This document shows positions 40,585 through 53,056 of a DNA stretch of 64,000 nucleotides, one piece after another. The stretch covers positions 72,726,001-72,790,000 of the forward strand of contig NC_043000.1 in the NCBI RefSeq assembly GCF_006345805.1, read 5' to 3'. The translations under genes and the position numbers were made by a program. Position 1 is the first letter of the stretch. Every line of letters starts with the position of its first letter. Under the pieces are notes generated by a model, which made no database searches, was not told the origin of the DNA, and was given only the letters and a program-made list of their open reading frames with translations. The DNA comes from Octopus sinensis. Taxonomy: Eukaryota.

Positions 40585-41010
40585 TTTACTAGTTTCAGTC
40601 AGAGGCTCAGGCCATGCTGGAATACCACCTTTCAGTGTGTTTTGGTTTCTTTTCTGTACTGTTTCTCATGAAGTAGCAAGTTGGATAGAGCTGGTTTTCT
40701 TTGTGCCTCCTGCTGCAATGTTGGTTCATCTGGTATCTCAGATAAAAATTTGTCTAAACATTCTTTGAAAACCTCCACATTTACACCTTGCAAATCTCTG
40801 AGGTTGTGGGCTCTTGAGACCCAAGCTGTTACAGTACTGGGTCCTTATTCTAGTTGGAAAATAGGTCATTGGTTGGTATAGCTTTCAATTCCAAAGTTAG
40901 GAGCTGGACCTTCCAGGATCTTCCATATGTATATCACTACTGAGTCATTCTCCTTTGTTTAGGGGTGCTAGATTGCCTCAAGTTCCACCACCAGTTTGAC
41001 ACACTACAGC
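40585..41010 (-). mobile_element. CR1-group LINE 3' fragment
   Basis: Reverse complement resembles 22400-22950 (IYIWKILEG.., LRDLQGVNVEVF) and has the same ccagcatggcc..ctgaaactag tail. A further piece lies at ~43395-43550. Confidence 0.7.
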
Positions 41011-41550
41011 TGTGATTCCCAAGCGATTTTTGGCTATGCCCCACCAAATCATTTCTAAAATCCTGATGCCCCCTTGTGATATTTAATTTTTGTTATTCAA
41101 AATTTGGTTAATGTTTATAATATTACTCGGAAACAAAATAAAAAAAAACAGTGCAATGGACATTAAAAAAAATGTGTACGAAACGAATATGAAAAAAAAT
41201 ACTTGGAAATCAATGGGGAAACTTTGGAAAATTCACAAGATCCTAGTTTTTCCCTCATAACTTTTAGGATAATGTTTTTTTTTAAAATGAAATTTTATAT
41301 AAATACCTTTCACCCGGCATATATTACGATTATAAAGAAATTTGTGGGAAAATCTTTTCTGAGGGGTGGGGAGAGGACTTTGGAAAATTCACAAGATCTG
41401 AGTTTTTTGCCCATTACTTGGTGACAGTTTATCATGGATAGCAGGTATAAATCCAAATTTTAAATATTCCACTGAATATTGATGAACTTTTTTTACTTGC
41501 ACTACTCATTTTATGTAGTTTTGAATCGGCATAGTTATAGATTTCAGCAC

Positions 41551-42174
41551 CCCCGACATTGGATGATCATAACTTTCAGAAAAATTGGTATTTTTTAATG
41601 AAATTGTCTACGAATATGTATTATATCATGTAGATTCTGAATATAGAAAATTTGGGGGTAAAGTGTATTCAGAGGGGTTGGGGTGGGGAATTTTGGAAAT
41701 TTCACCGGAGTCAACTTCAATTCGTCTTTCAAGAAAATGGATATTTTTTAATGAAATTCTCTACAAATATACCTTGGACTATGTAGATTCCAAGGACATA
41801 GAAATTTTGGGGAAAGACAATTGGGGGCTATTTTTGAGAACTGTTCCCCAGTGACGAGTGTTTATGAACAAGTCATCCATATTTCTCAAAAATAGCCCCC
41901 AATTGTTTTTCCCCAAAATTTCTATGTCCTTGGAATCTACATAGTCCAAGGTATATTTGTAGAAAATTTCATTAAAAAATATCCATTTTCTTAAAAGACG
42001 AATTGAAGTTGACTCCGGTGAAATTTCCAAAATTCCCTACCCCAACCTCTTTGAATACACTTTACCCCCAAATCTTTCTATATTCGGAATCTACTTGATA
42101 TAACACATATTTGTAGACAATTTCATTAAAAAATATCAATTTTTCTGAAAGTTATGATCATCCAAAGTTGGGGG
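41551..42174. repeat. Long inverted repeat (foldback), ~290-bp arms with ~40-bp spacer
   Basis: 41551-41840 is the near-perfect reverse complement of 41882-42174. Mirrored ORFs 41585..41854(+) and 41779..42030(-) give almost the same peptide. Confidence 0.92.
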
Positions 42175-42444
42175 TTGGGACAGAAATCTGGATGCCTTTG
42201 AATCAATTTCAGTTCAAGCAAATTTTTTCAACAATTTCTTCAAAACGATTTCAGTATAAACTTTTGGAAAATATGCTCAAAAAGAAACAATATTCCGTGA
42301 ATCTTTTCAGATGATGGAAGTTTTTTCTTAACTTTTTGCTGAATTCACAAAACTGGCTGGTGGGAATAAAATGACCCATTAATTTTCATCTCTATTCATA
42401 TATATATATGTGTGTGTGTATGTGTGCATTACCAGTACCATAAA

Positions 42445-42497
<53 letters not shown>

Positions 42498-42802
42498 ATC
42501 TATCTATCTGTTTCCCTCTCTCTCTCTCTTTTTCTGCCTCTTTCTCTTCCTTCACTGACGCTACTTACTTCCACTCCATTTCAACCCATTTCACACCATT
42601 CAATTCTTTCATCCCTCACCCCGCAACGCCATTTATTGTCCTATCAACACTCTGCAGTACCACATTTGTCTTGCGTCCCTAGATTTTTTTGTCGTCAGAG
42701 ACAAAAGTCACTACTCTTAGACACACCTGCACACATAAGTCTCTCTCCAGTTTGTTTCTCCATAGGGAATTAAGATGGCATTGCTTTCAGTACTGACCAC
42801 AA

Positions 42803-43032
42803 GGCGGTGAGCTGGCAGAAACATTAGCACGCCGGGCGAAATGCGTAGCCGTATTTTGTCTGCCGTTATGTTCTGAGTTCAAATTCTGCCAAGGTCGACT
42901 TTGCCTTTCATCCTTTCGGGGTCGATAAATTAAGTACCAGTTGCGCACTGGGTCGATGTAATCGACTTAATCCGTTTGTCTGTCCTTGTTTGTCCCCCTC
43001 TATGTTTAGCCCCTTGTGGGCAGTAAAGAAAT
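42803..43032 (+). mobile_element. tRNA-derived SINE (another copy at 61165-61385)
   Basis: gagcTGGCAGAAac A-box-like, GAGTTCAAATtc B box, gcctttcatcctttcggggtcgataaattaagtaccag core. Confidence 0.78.
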
Positions 43033-43549
43033 ATATACTACATACACACATGCATGCACACACACACACAAACACTCACACATACAAACACACACACATA
43101 CGTGTTTGTAATTACCTACATGTTTTCACATACCACTAAATCGAAGGAAATAATTTTATTCCCCCTTTAGTGACATCAGATCTTATGAATATGATGAAAA
43201 CAACCTGTTGTCTCTAATGTGTCAAAAATTTGCTAAAATTGTCCACAGAGAAGGGATGTAAATTTTTTTTTTAATTACTCATTTCCGAATTACCCCCTTT
43301 CTCTTATTGGTATACTAAACATTGTGTACAAAAGGTATATAAATTCAACGTAACCCTACGCATACCCCACCAAAATATTACCATTTTTCCTGGTTCTGAA
43401 TAATCTCAGAATCCATCCAGCTACTTGCCTTCACAGTGTTGCCATCTTGGTAATATGGAATGTTGCATAATTACTTATGTGGATTCCCAGGTCATGTACC
43501 GACTCTGACTCTAGGATTGTACTACTCCCTGGTCCTGTGTATTCTTGTC

Positions 43550-44022
43550 GTAGTCTGTTTGTGAGCAATTAGAGCATTTGAACCAAGCTTTGAAGAAAAA
43601 AAGACCCGCTTTAGTGAATTGAAAAGCAGTGATGTTTCATCAGGACAATGCGCGACCCCACACTGCAAAGATCACATCACAGAAGATTGAAGAGCTTGGT
43701 TGGGAAAAAATTCCTCATCCACCTTATTCTCCCGACTTTGCTCCTTCAGGCTACCATTTGTTTCGTAGTTTACAGAATCATTTGGGGGACATAACTTTCG
43801 CAAGTCAGGAGGTGGTCGAAACTGACATTTCAGAGTTCTTCACTTTGAAACGAAAAGAGTTTTACATTGATGGGATTAAAAAGCTTGTAAATAGATGGAA
43901 GGAAGTCATAGATAATATGGGAAAGTACATTATAAAATTTGACCACTTATTATAAAATATAAAATTTGACCACTTGTTTTCTTTATTCAAAATTTGTATA
44001 GAACTTATGGGATGATCTGATA
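43550..44022 (+). mobile_element. Mariner 3' half
   Basis: ORF 43629..43955: FHQDNARPH...HPPYSPDFAPSGYHLFRSL...GIKKLVNRWKEV. Right TIR gaacttatgggatgatctga-TA. Confidence 0.9.
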
Positions 44023-45561
44023 TTTATGTGTACATTTGTCCTCCACCACCATTGGACGACTAATCAATGTTGAACTTCACAGCTTGGCAAAGAGAGACTG
44101 ATAGAATAAGTATCAGACTTAAAAGATAAATCTTGAGGTCTTTTTGTTTGACTAAACCTTTTGAGGCAGTGTGCTAGCATGGTCACTGTCCAATGACTGA
44201 AATAAATAAAAGATAAAAGATGCAAGATAAATTAGTTGTACTTCACTAAGTGAGATCTTTGTTGTTTCTTTTTTTCTCTGGAACTGTATAAAAGTCATTT
44301 AAAATTTTTCTGAAACTACATAGCAGTTAGTTTAAATTTTAATTTTCCAATTGTTAGATTGTATTTAAATTTTGTGTACCTGGAAACTAATCTGAATAGT
44401 TCTTGATGTTTTAAACTTTTAAACCTATTCTTAGTACACATGCCTAAAACAAATGGGAAGTCATTTATTGAATTTCCTTTGTTAGGTGTTAACAGTCATG
44501 ATACATACAATATTTCAGCTAGTCTTATGTTCTCATGGCTCTTTGTAATAGATATTTTAATTTGCTCAATTGGTATACTTCCTTTATAAGTACCTTTTTA
44601 GATTCTATTCTTGTTTTAATAGTTTATGCACACAACTCTATATCTTCTTACTAATGTATTTTAAACTTTACTAACGTATTTTAAAACTATCTACAACTTA
44701 TATATTCAGCTTTGAAATCTTTGTTAATTATTATGTTATGTTACGAACATTTTTGGAAAATAATTAAAAAAAAATTGTTATGAATTTTTTTTAAAGGGAA
44801 AATAACTAAAATGTTGAATATGACACGATCAGTTTTGCTTTGACTTAATTTTGAATCAAGAAAAATGTATATTTTTACACATTTTGATCACTGCAACTAA
44901 CAATTATTATGAGGGTGTCTGCAATTCTTAAAATAATTTGGTTCCATGTTGCTATTATTTTAGTGTCTACTCTGTTTATCCACTTAACTCAAACTCTTTT
45001 GCTTTATAATTTATCAGATTGATACTTTCATTGTATATTCATAAATTAAATGTATTCTTTGCATATGTGATCAATTGTTGCAAAGCACTGATATTCAATA
45101 CATGAGTATGTAATTTGAATATAAAGTAGTTTCGTAAGTTTTATTTCATAATCGAATATAATTATGGTAAAAATATAAAAATCTGACCCCTTAGGCAATT
45201 CTTTTCAATATTGTTTTAGTTTGATAAGTTCTTATTTATCAAAACCAAAACTTTTTCAAATAATTCTTCTTGTACTAAATATGTAGGAAATTTCTAGATA
45301 TCACTTATCTTACTACTGAGTAAACCTGATATTATTTAACTTTGCTTATTTAACTAATCTAGTACTGAATATATTATTAAATCATAGGTTTCTGATAAAA
45401 TGCTTAAGTTCTTCATCATCACCACTGCCACCACCCTCCTCTCTTATTATTGTCAACATAGTTATTATCATTAATTTTATTACTGTTATTGCTATGATGT
45501 TGATTAAAATGTTATCTTTAATATTTGTTTTAGTTTGTTAAAAATAATAATTCTTTTGTAG

Positions 45562-45668
45562 ATGTAAACACTATTTTTGTGAGAAATGTGCATTAACACG
45601 TTACAAGAAATCCCAACGTTGTTTTGTATGCAATGAACAGACAAATGGTGTGTTTAATCCTGCAAAAG
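45562..45668 (+). CDS. RNF113A: RNF113A coding exon, end of RING finger
   Basis: ttgtag| ... |gtatga. Translates (K)[35 protein letters not shown], completing the C3HC4 RING. Confidence 0.96.
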
Positions 45669-45991
45669 GTATGAATCTTGCAGATATTTTGCTTGTTTTT
45701 TTTTCAGTTTCAGAGGGTATAAAGTGATGTTAACTTTTTTTTTTTTTGTTACTACCATATTTCAGTTGAAATACAATGTCTTTGTTTCATTTAATTTTTT
45801 AAAAATAATGAAGAACTAGGTTGGTCATTACCTATTGCTATGCTGCTGCTGGTAAAAACATTTGTTAATCATGCATGTAACTTCATAAATTGTTCATAGT
45901 GAAAGTCTTTTTTGAAGTCTGTGTTGCATTGTCTATAAGTTGAAAGACATACAGAAACAAACACACACACAAATAAACAACCAAAGAAAAA

Positions 45992-46032
<41 letters not shown>

Positions 46033-46035
<3 letters not shown>

Positions 46036-47610
46036 TCATCATCATCATCATCATCATCGTTAACGTCCGCCTCCGCGCTAGCACGGGTTGGACGGTTTGA
46101 CCGGGTCTGGGAAGCCAGGGGCCGCTCCAGGCACCAGTCTGAATCTGGCAGAGTTTCTACGGCTGGATGCCCTTCCTAACGCCAACCACTCCGTGAGTGG
46201 ATTGGGTGCTTTTTACGTGCCACCTGCACAGGGGCCGGAGGGTCCGGCATCGTCACGATCGGATTCGAGCATTTTAACGTGTCAGCGGCACGGGGGCAAC
46301 GAGGTCCGGGGTACTTTGGGGATTGGGGTATTTTGGGGATCCAGGGTACTTTGGGGATCCGGGGTACTTTGGGGATCCGGGGTACTTAGAATGGGTAGGG
46401 GGGTACTTAGAATGGGTAGGGGGGTACTTAGAATGGGTAGGGGGTATGTGAATTGCTGCAGAAAGCAGCCCGGGTCTTTGTAGTCACAGCATATCTCCAG
46501 AGATCTCGGTCCTTCGCCATTGCCTCAGTGAGGCCCAATGCTCTGAGGTCATGCTTGACCACCTCATCCCATGTCTTCCTGGGTCTACCTCTCCCCCTGA
46601 TACCTTCAACTGTTTGGGAGTGGCACTTCTTCACACATCTCTCTTCATCCATCCGCAGCACATGACCATACCATCGCAAGCGTCGCTCTTGCACACCACA
46701 TCTGATGCTTCTTATATCCAGCATTTCTCTCAGGATACTTACACTCTGTTTTGTGTGTACACTGACACTACACATCCAGCGGATCATGCTAGCTTCATTT
46801 CTTTCAAGTCTACGCATGTCTTCTGCAGTCACAGCCCATGTTTCATTACCGTGAAGCATGGCAGTTCGCACACATGCATCATATAATCTACCTTTTGCTC
46901 TGAGGGAGAGGCCTTTTGTTGCCAGTAGGGGTAGGAGCTTTCTGAACTTTGCCCAGGCTATTCGTATTCTAGGTGATACTCTCTGTGCATCCACCTCCGC
47001 TACTAACTTGGTCTCCCAGGTAGCGGAAACTATCAACTACTTCTAGTTTCTCTCCCTGGAGTGTGATGGAATCTGTTTTCTGAGTGTCTGTTGTGTCTAT
47101 TGTCCCTGTGCATCTGCCGCACATGAAAGCTATCTTATCTGTTAATTTCCCTTTAATGTTGCTGCACCTCTTATGTGTCCATAACTTACATTGGGTGCAT
47201 CTTATGGAGTTTCTACCTGTACCTTTCCTACAGGTTGAGCAGGGCCACCTACCCGAGGGATGTGTGTTGAGTACCTCTTGCTGCTTACTAATACTTTGGT
47301 CTTTGCTACATTTATTCTAAGGCCTTTGATTCCAACCCTTGCTTCCATACCCGAAATTTCTCTTCTAGTTCCGGTAGTGATTCTGCTATGAGAGCTAGGT
47401 CATCGGCATAGAGGAGCTCCAGGGGCATCCCGTTTTGAATTCCTCTGTTATTGCTTGAAGTACTATGATGAACAAAAGGGGACTGAGGGCTGAGCCCTGG
47501 TGCACACCTACTTCTACTCGGAATTCTTCACTATATTCGTTGCCAATCCTAACCTTGCTAACAGCCTCTCTGTATAGAGCCTGTACAGCCCTTATTAGCC
47601 ATTCTTCAAT
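46033..47610 (-). mobile_element. RTE-clade LINE 3' portion followed by a (GAT)n-tailed family repeat
   Basis: VGVHQGSALSPLLFIIVL, YADDL, RIRIAWAKFR, LHGNETW, ERRLRWYGHVLR, RGRGRPRKTW. Frameshifted. Confidence 0.9.
46307..46446. repeat. G-rich minisatellites (18-bp and 21-bp units)
   Basis: ggggtactttggggatcc about 4 times, then ggggtacttagaatgggtagg 3 times. Confidence 0.85.
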
Positions 47611-47944
47611 AATCATTGATTAGAGAATAAACATCAAATTCAGGCCAATGACTTTATATAACCCCCTGCATTTCATCATATACAAATAATACCATGGCCT
47701 TCAACATGTGAAAGAAATACATATTTCTTGCACAGAAAGTAAAAAATATATATGTGCATGTGAAAATACAAAATATATAGAGGAGCCTGTCTGGAAAAAG
47801 CATATACAAATTAACTTAAAAAGGGCATCAGAATGAATTACTAAAACATATCAATCAACTCAAAACTTTTTGGCCCTGGGGTAAATTTTTGTTGAGGGGT
47901 AAAATTTTTTAGTCGATTGATATGTTTTAGTGATTCATTTTCAG

Positions 47945-48435
47945 AATCGAAATCGATCAATGGAAATTGCAGATGTGTTACCAGTGCCGGTGGCATGTCG
48001 AAACTCCATTTGTGAAGACCCGTTGAGGCAAGTGAGGATCAGAATTGAAATCGATCAATGGAAATCGATCAATGGAAATTGCAGATGTGTTACCAGTGCC
48101 GGTGGCATGTAAGAGAACCTTCCGTTTCGCGACCGTTGCCAGCACCGCCCTGTTTCGTGTCCGTTGCCAGCCTCGCCTGGCCCTCGTGCCGGTGGCACAT
48201 AAAAAGCACCATCCGTTCGTGGCCGTTTGCCAGCTCTGTCTGGCACCTGTGCGGGTGGCACGTAAAAAGCACCCACTACACTCTCGAAGTGGTTGGCGTT
48301 AGGAAGGGCATCCAACCGTAGAAACACTGCCAGATTTGACTGGGCCTGATGAAGCCTTCTGGCTTCACAGACCCCAGTAGAACCGTCCAACCCATGCTAG
48401 CATGGAAAACGGACGCTAAACGATGATGATGATGA
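47945..48435 (+). mobile_element. RTE-tailed SINE-like repeat
   Basis: Ends ccaacccatgctagcatggaaaacggacgctaaac(GAT)n. Other copies at 56090-56718 (+) and 63333-63690 (-). Confidence 0.78.
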
Positions 48436-48584
48436 ATGGTAAATTTCATCATAAAAAATTGAACCTGCTCCATTTTGGGATTGTTTCCTCTCATTTTCCC
48501 TTCCCTTTTTATTAGTTTCAAGCATTGGACTGTGGATACGCTAGGTCACCACATGCTAAAGTATAGTACTAAACGTATAATCAA

Positions 48585-49498
48585 ACAAGAGCACTCAGAG
48601 AGCACAAACCTCCACTAAGGCAACACTGACATCCTTTCTACGATTGGCCAGAGATGATTTAAAAAATGAGAATATCTGAAATAAACTTGACTGCTCTCGC
48701 AAATGAGAATACTAAAAATGAACCCGACTACTCCCAAAAATAAAGTAAAAAAAAATGGAAAAATAATCTAGAATCCTTGTCCAATACCTGATCAATCCCA
48801 GTGATAGTCATGGAATGTGAAGTTGGCTGTAGAAAATTTAGTAATAGTAATAAATAGTTTATCCTTATCTAAGACAAGCCAAGGTTAACAAATTCACCAT
48901 TCAGAATAGTTTCAAAGATGGAGGTGATAATAATAAGTTCTAGTCAGGAATTTTTAAATGCTTAGCATGACACCTTTTAGTTTTCTCTCCTCTTAAATTG
49001 TGGCCTTCCTTTAGTATTCCTGTTGTTTTAGATCGATGTATAGATGTATGTATATATGTAAGTATACTGTAAAGTGTTAACTTGTATGTATAATATATGT
49101 ATTATAAAAATGTTAATGTTATTTAATTTCTGAACAGTCTTGCTGCTGTTTGTTTATGCAGTTTGATTTCTTTGTTCATCATTTTCTACTAAGATAGAGA
49201 CATGAATAAAATTAATAATAGGGAAATGAAAATAAAACTTTGGAAACAGCCTAAAGGGGGACAACTAAAAAAGACTTGAAAGTGAATGTAAGATCATAAT
49301 CATGTAAAGTAAATATAACAGATAATCCAGAATCCTTGTCCAGTACTGGATCGATTCCAAAATCTAATCAGTTTGTGCCAGTCACAAGTTTCATCTGAAT
49401 CCATCCAGTAGTTCTTGAGACATCTTGTTCATGGACAAGCTGACAAACAAACACAACTGAAAACAATACCTCTGCCTTTGCTGCGGCAAAGATAATAA
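48585..49498 (+). mobile_element. Possible Helentron-associated (HINE/DINE-like) non-autonomous element, interrupted
   Basis: Starts aacaagagcactcagagagcacaaacctcc; ataatc(t/c)agaatccttgtcc occurs at ~48763 and ~49322; ends acaaacaaac..aaaacaatacctc plus a short GC hairpin. Confidence 0.4.
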
Positions 49499-50466
49499 CA
49501 TCTGTCTAAATTTATTATACGTTATTTTTGCATTACATTCATGTTTTGTATTACTATTAATGTGTGGGAATAGTTGTGGTGAGGCACTAGTTGGCTGATG
49601 TAGAGATGGTGATGATTTGCTTGAGTTAGACATTTAGAAGTGAGAAAGTAATCAAAGATTTTTTCAGTATCTGTGTGCCAGTCAGGGGTATATGTAATAA
49701 AAAAAGAAACTAATTGTAGTAGACGGTTAAAATTTCAGTCTATTTAGTCTCTGCATCAACATCATCAGTGTGAATGAGTGTGGAAACTAAGAAGGGTTCT
49801 AAACATGGAAGTCACTTAGGAGAATGACTTCAGAGATGAAGGGAGAGAGATATTTGTCCTTGATGCCAGAAGATATAAGGCCAAAGAGTTGTTGTTGGTT
49901 GGAAGAATTCAGAATGTGGTAGGTGCAGCAGATTTATTTAGAGGTGTGAGTGGGGAAGGAAACTTAGAACTTGTTGTTTCTGATGTCCAGTTGAGAGAGG
50001 AATCTACATATCATGTGCAGACATCACATGATATATAGATGCATCTCTCAACTGTTGTAGTTTGAATAGAGAACATAACCTAGATAGCAGAAATTAGCTA
50101 TAGATAAAAGGGGTGAGAGATTTGATTTACAGAAAGGAGTATGATATACAGATTGTGTGTTAGTTGAAGGTGATATATGGAATTCACGAATGTTCAAGAA
50201 AATGAGTGAGAATTGATTAACATTTTAATATTTTGCCATGTATCTCTTACTTAATTTGGTTTGGATTGTGTAAGCGAGGAGAGAGGTTCTGACCTTATAA
50301 TAATTGTCTGCAAAGTTTGCACAGAGCCACATATACAGATTTCATCACATTCTTCCACCACTTTCCAGGAAAATTTGCGTAACTATTTCTATTCTACATC
50401 AGTCACCTAGTAACCTAACTTTAATAATTAACTTTCTGTAACATCTACCATCTACCATGTATGTAT

Positions 50467-52021
50467 ATGTGAAGACCTGTTGAGGCAAGTGAAAGTGAAA
50501 ATCAAAATAAAATAGATGATCATCAATGGAATTTGTATCTTTGTTACCAGTGCCGGTGGCACACAAGAAAACCATCCGAATGTGGCCGTAGCCAGTACTG
50601 CATCGACTGGCCTCCGTGCTGTGGGCACATAGCAAACACCATCCGATCGTGGCCGTTCGCCAGCCTCATCTGGCACCTGTGTTGGTGGCACATAAAGACA
50701 CCATCCGAAGACCCGGCAAGACTAGTCAGGCCATAACCCGTGGCCCCTACCTGGGACGTAGTCAGTTCACCTGTGCATACCTCCCTTCTTGTGACACTTG
50801 TGAAGACCTGTTGAGGCAAGTGAAAATCAAAAAAAAAAAAAAAAAAAAATCAAAAAAATCAAAATAAATCGAAATAGATGAATATCAATGGAATTTGTAT
50901 CTTTGTGGTACCAGTGCCGGTGGCACACAAGAAAACCATCCGAACGTGGCCGTAGCCAGTACCGCATCGACTGGCCTCTGTGCTGTGGGCTCATAACAAA
51001 CACCATCCGATCGTGGCCGTTCGCCAGCCTCATCTGGCACCTGTGTCGGTGGCACATAAAAACACCATCCGAAGACCCAGCAAGACTAGTCAGGCCATAA
51101 CCCGTGGCCTCTACTTGGAACATAGTCAGTCCACCTGTGCATACCTTCCTTCTTGTGACACTTGTGAAGACCTGTTGAGACAAGTGATCAAATCAAATCA
51201 AATCAAATCAAAATAGATGAACATCAATGGAATTTGTATCTTTGTGGTACCAGTGCCGGTGGCACACAAGAAAACCATCCGAACGTGGCCGTAGCCAGTA
51301 CCGCATCGACTGGCCTCCGTGATGTGGGCACGTAACAAACACCATCCATCTGGCACCTGTGTCGGAGACACATAAAAACATCATCCGAAGACCCGGCAAG
51401 ACTAGTCAGGCCATAACCCGTGGCCCCTACCTGGGACGTTGTCAGTTCACCTGTGCATACCTTCCTTCCTTCTTGTGACACTTGTGAAGACCTGTTGAGG
51501 CAAGTGAAAATCAAATCAAATCAAATCAAATCAAAATAGATGAACATCAATGGAATTTGTATCTTTGTGGTACCAGTGCCGGTGGCACACAAGAAAACCA
51601 TCCGAACGTGGCCGTAGCCAGTACCGCATCGACTGGCCTCCGTGCTGTGGGCACGTAAGAAACACCATCCGATCGTGGCCGTTCGTCAGCCTCGTCTGGC
51701 ACCTGTGTCGGTGGCACATAAAAACACCATCCGAGCGTGGCCGTTCGCCAGCCTCGTCTGGCACCTGTGTCGGTGGCACATAAAAACACCATCTGAGCGT
51801 GGCCGTTCGCCAGCCTCGTCTGGCACCTGTGTCGGTGGCACATAAAATCACCCACTACACTCTCAGAGTGGTTGGCGTTAGGAAGGGCATCCAGCTGTAG
51901 AAACACTGCCAGATCTGACTGGCCTGGTGCAGCCTTCGGGCTCCCCAGACCCCAGTTGAACCATCCAACCCATGCTAGCATGGAAAGCGGACGTTAAATG
52001 ATGATGATGATGATGATGATG
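50467..52021 (+). repeat. Head-to-tail array (~320-365-bp units, 4 starts) of the RTE-tailed repeat
   Basis: tgtgaagacctgttgag(g/a)caagtga recurs at ~50468, 50799, 51163 and 51483. The last unit has three ~61-bp subrepeats and the single (GAT)n tail. Confidence 0.88.
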
Positions 52022-52276
52022 TATATATATATATATATGTATTATATATGTATATATGTATATATATATATGTATATATATATGTATATATATATATGTA
52101 TATATATATGTATATATATATATGTATATATATATATATGTATATATATATGTATATATATTATGTTATAATTATGTATATATATATGTATATATATGTG
52201 TATATATATATGTGTGTATATATATGTATGTATATATATGTGTATATATATATGTATATATATATATGTATATATA

Positions 52277-52311
<35 letters not shown>

Positions 52312-52461
52312 ATATATGTATATATATATATGTATATATCAACAATCAAGGAACGGCCATAATAGGCCATTCACCCACTAGAAATAACAGCCAAAGCTTC
52401 AACCGCAAATAAAGATCAATTCCGTAAACAGGAGAAAATTTAAAAAAACATTTACCCTGTA

Positions 52462-52568
52462 ATTTCTTGTACGATGCACCGTTTCATCAGCTGTTTAATG
52501 GTAAACTAACCTGATTAAATTAAATCAAGCCAATCTTCCATAGGCCCTCAGATTCTTCAGCAAGAAAT
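52462..52568 (-). ncRNA. Type I hammerhead ribozyme
   Basis: Minus strand: AUUUCUUG (stem I) CUGAAGA AUC...GAU (stem II) GAAA CGGUGCAUCG UA^ CAAGAAAU (stem I'). 8-bp stem I, full core, near-palindromic stem III. Confidence 0.8.
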
Positions 52569-52951
52569 AGCCAAGTCGGAACAGATATTTTCACGAGGCA
52601 TTTCAGACCCTGCCAAGGTAATATCTGACCTAAAATTTTCAAATCGTCGCACGCGCCAAATTTATCGGCAGCAAATAAATATAAGCCGTCGATTCCATTA
52701 CGGAATATAACCAGAAAATTCATAATTAATCAATATAGGGTGGCAAAAAAAATTTTGTAGAATTCTTTTTGCAACCAGCGGCCTAGTGGGAAAAAATTAA
52801 ATAGTCATAGACCATTTTAAGTTCAACATCAACAATCAAGGAACGGCCATAATAGGCCATTCACCACTAGAAATAACAGCCAAAGCTTCAACCGCAAATA
52901 AAGATCAATTCTGTGTAACAGGAGAAAATTTAAAAAAACATTTACCCTGTA

Positions 52952-53056
52952 ATTTCTTGTACGATGCACCATTTCATCTGCTGTTAATGGTAAACTAACC
53001 TGATTAAATTAAATCAAGCCAATCTTCCATAGGCCCTCAGATCTTCAGCAAGAAAT
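52952..53056 (-). ncRNA. Type I hammerhead ribozyme, second tandem copy
   Basis: Same 8-bp stem I and core: CUGAAGA UCUG...CAGAU GAAAU GGUGCAUCG UA^. Has a 1-nt indel at the stem II base and a U-G pair in stem III. Confidence 0.68.

Noticed and set aside
39107-44220. One composite mariner splitting a single SINE (5' half at 39107, 3' half at 44030)
   Set aside because: The first mariner already has its own C-terminus at ~40420 and the two TIRs differ, so independent insertions are simpler.
50795-50830. gtgaaga-cct-gttg-agg-caagtgaaa as a hammerhead variant
   Set aside because: The core reads GUGAAGA not CUGANGA, GAAA does not follow stem II directly, and there is no stem I/III.
50467-52021. 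Repeat array considered as CRISPR
   Set aside because: Eukaryotic context, long near-identical units, no unique spacers and no cas genes.
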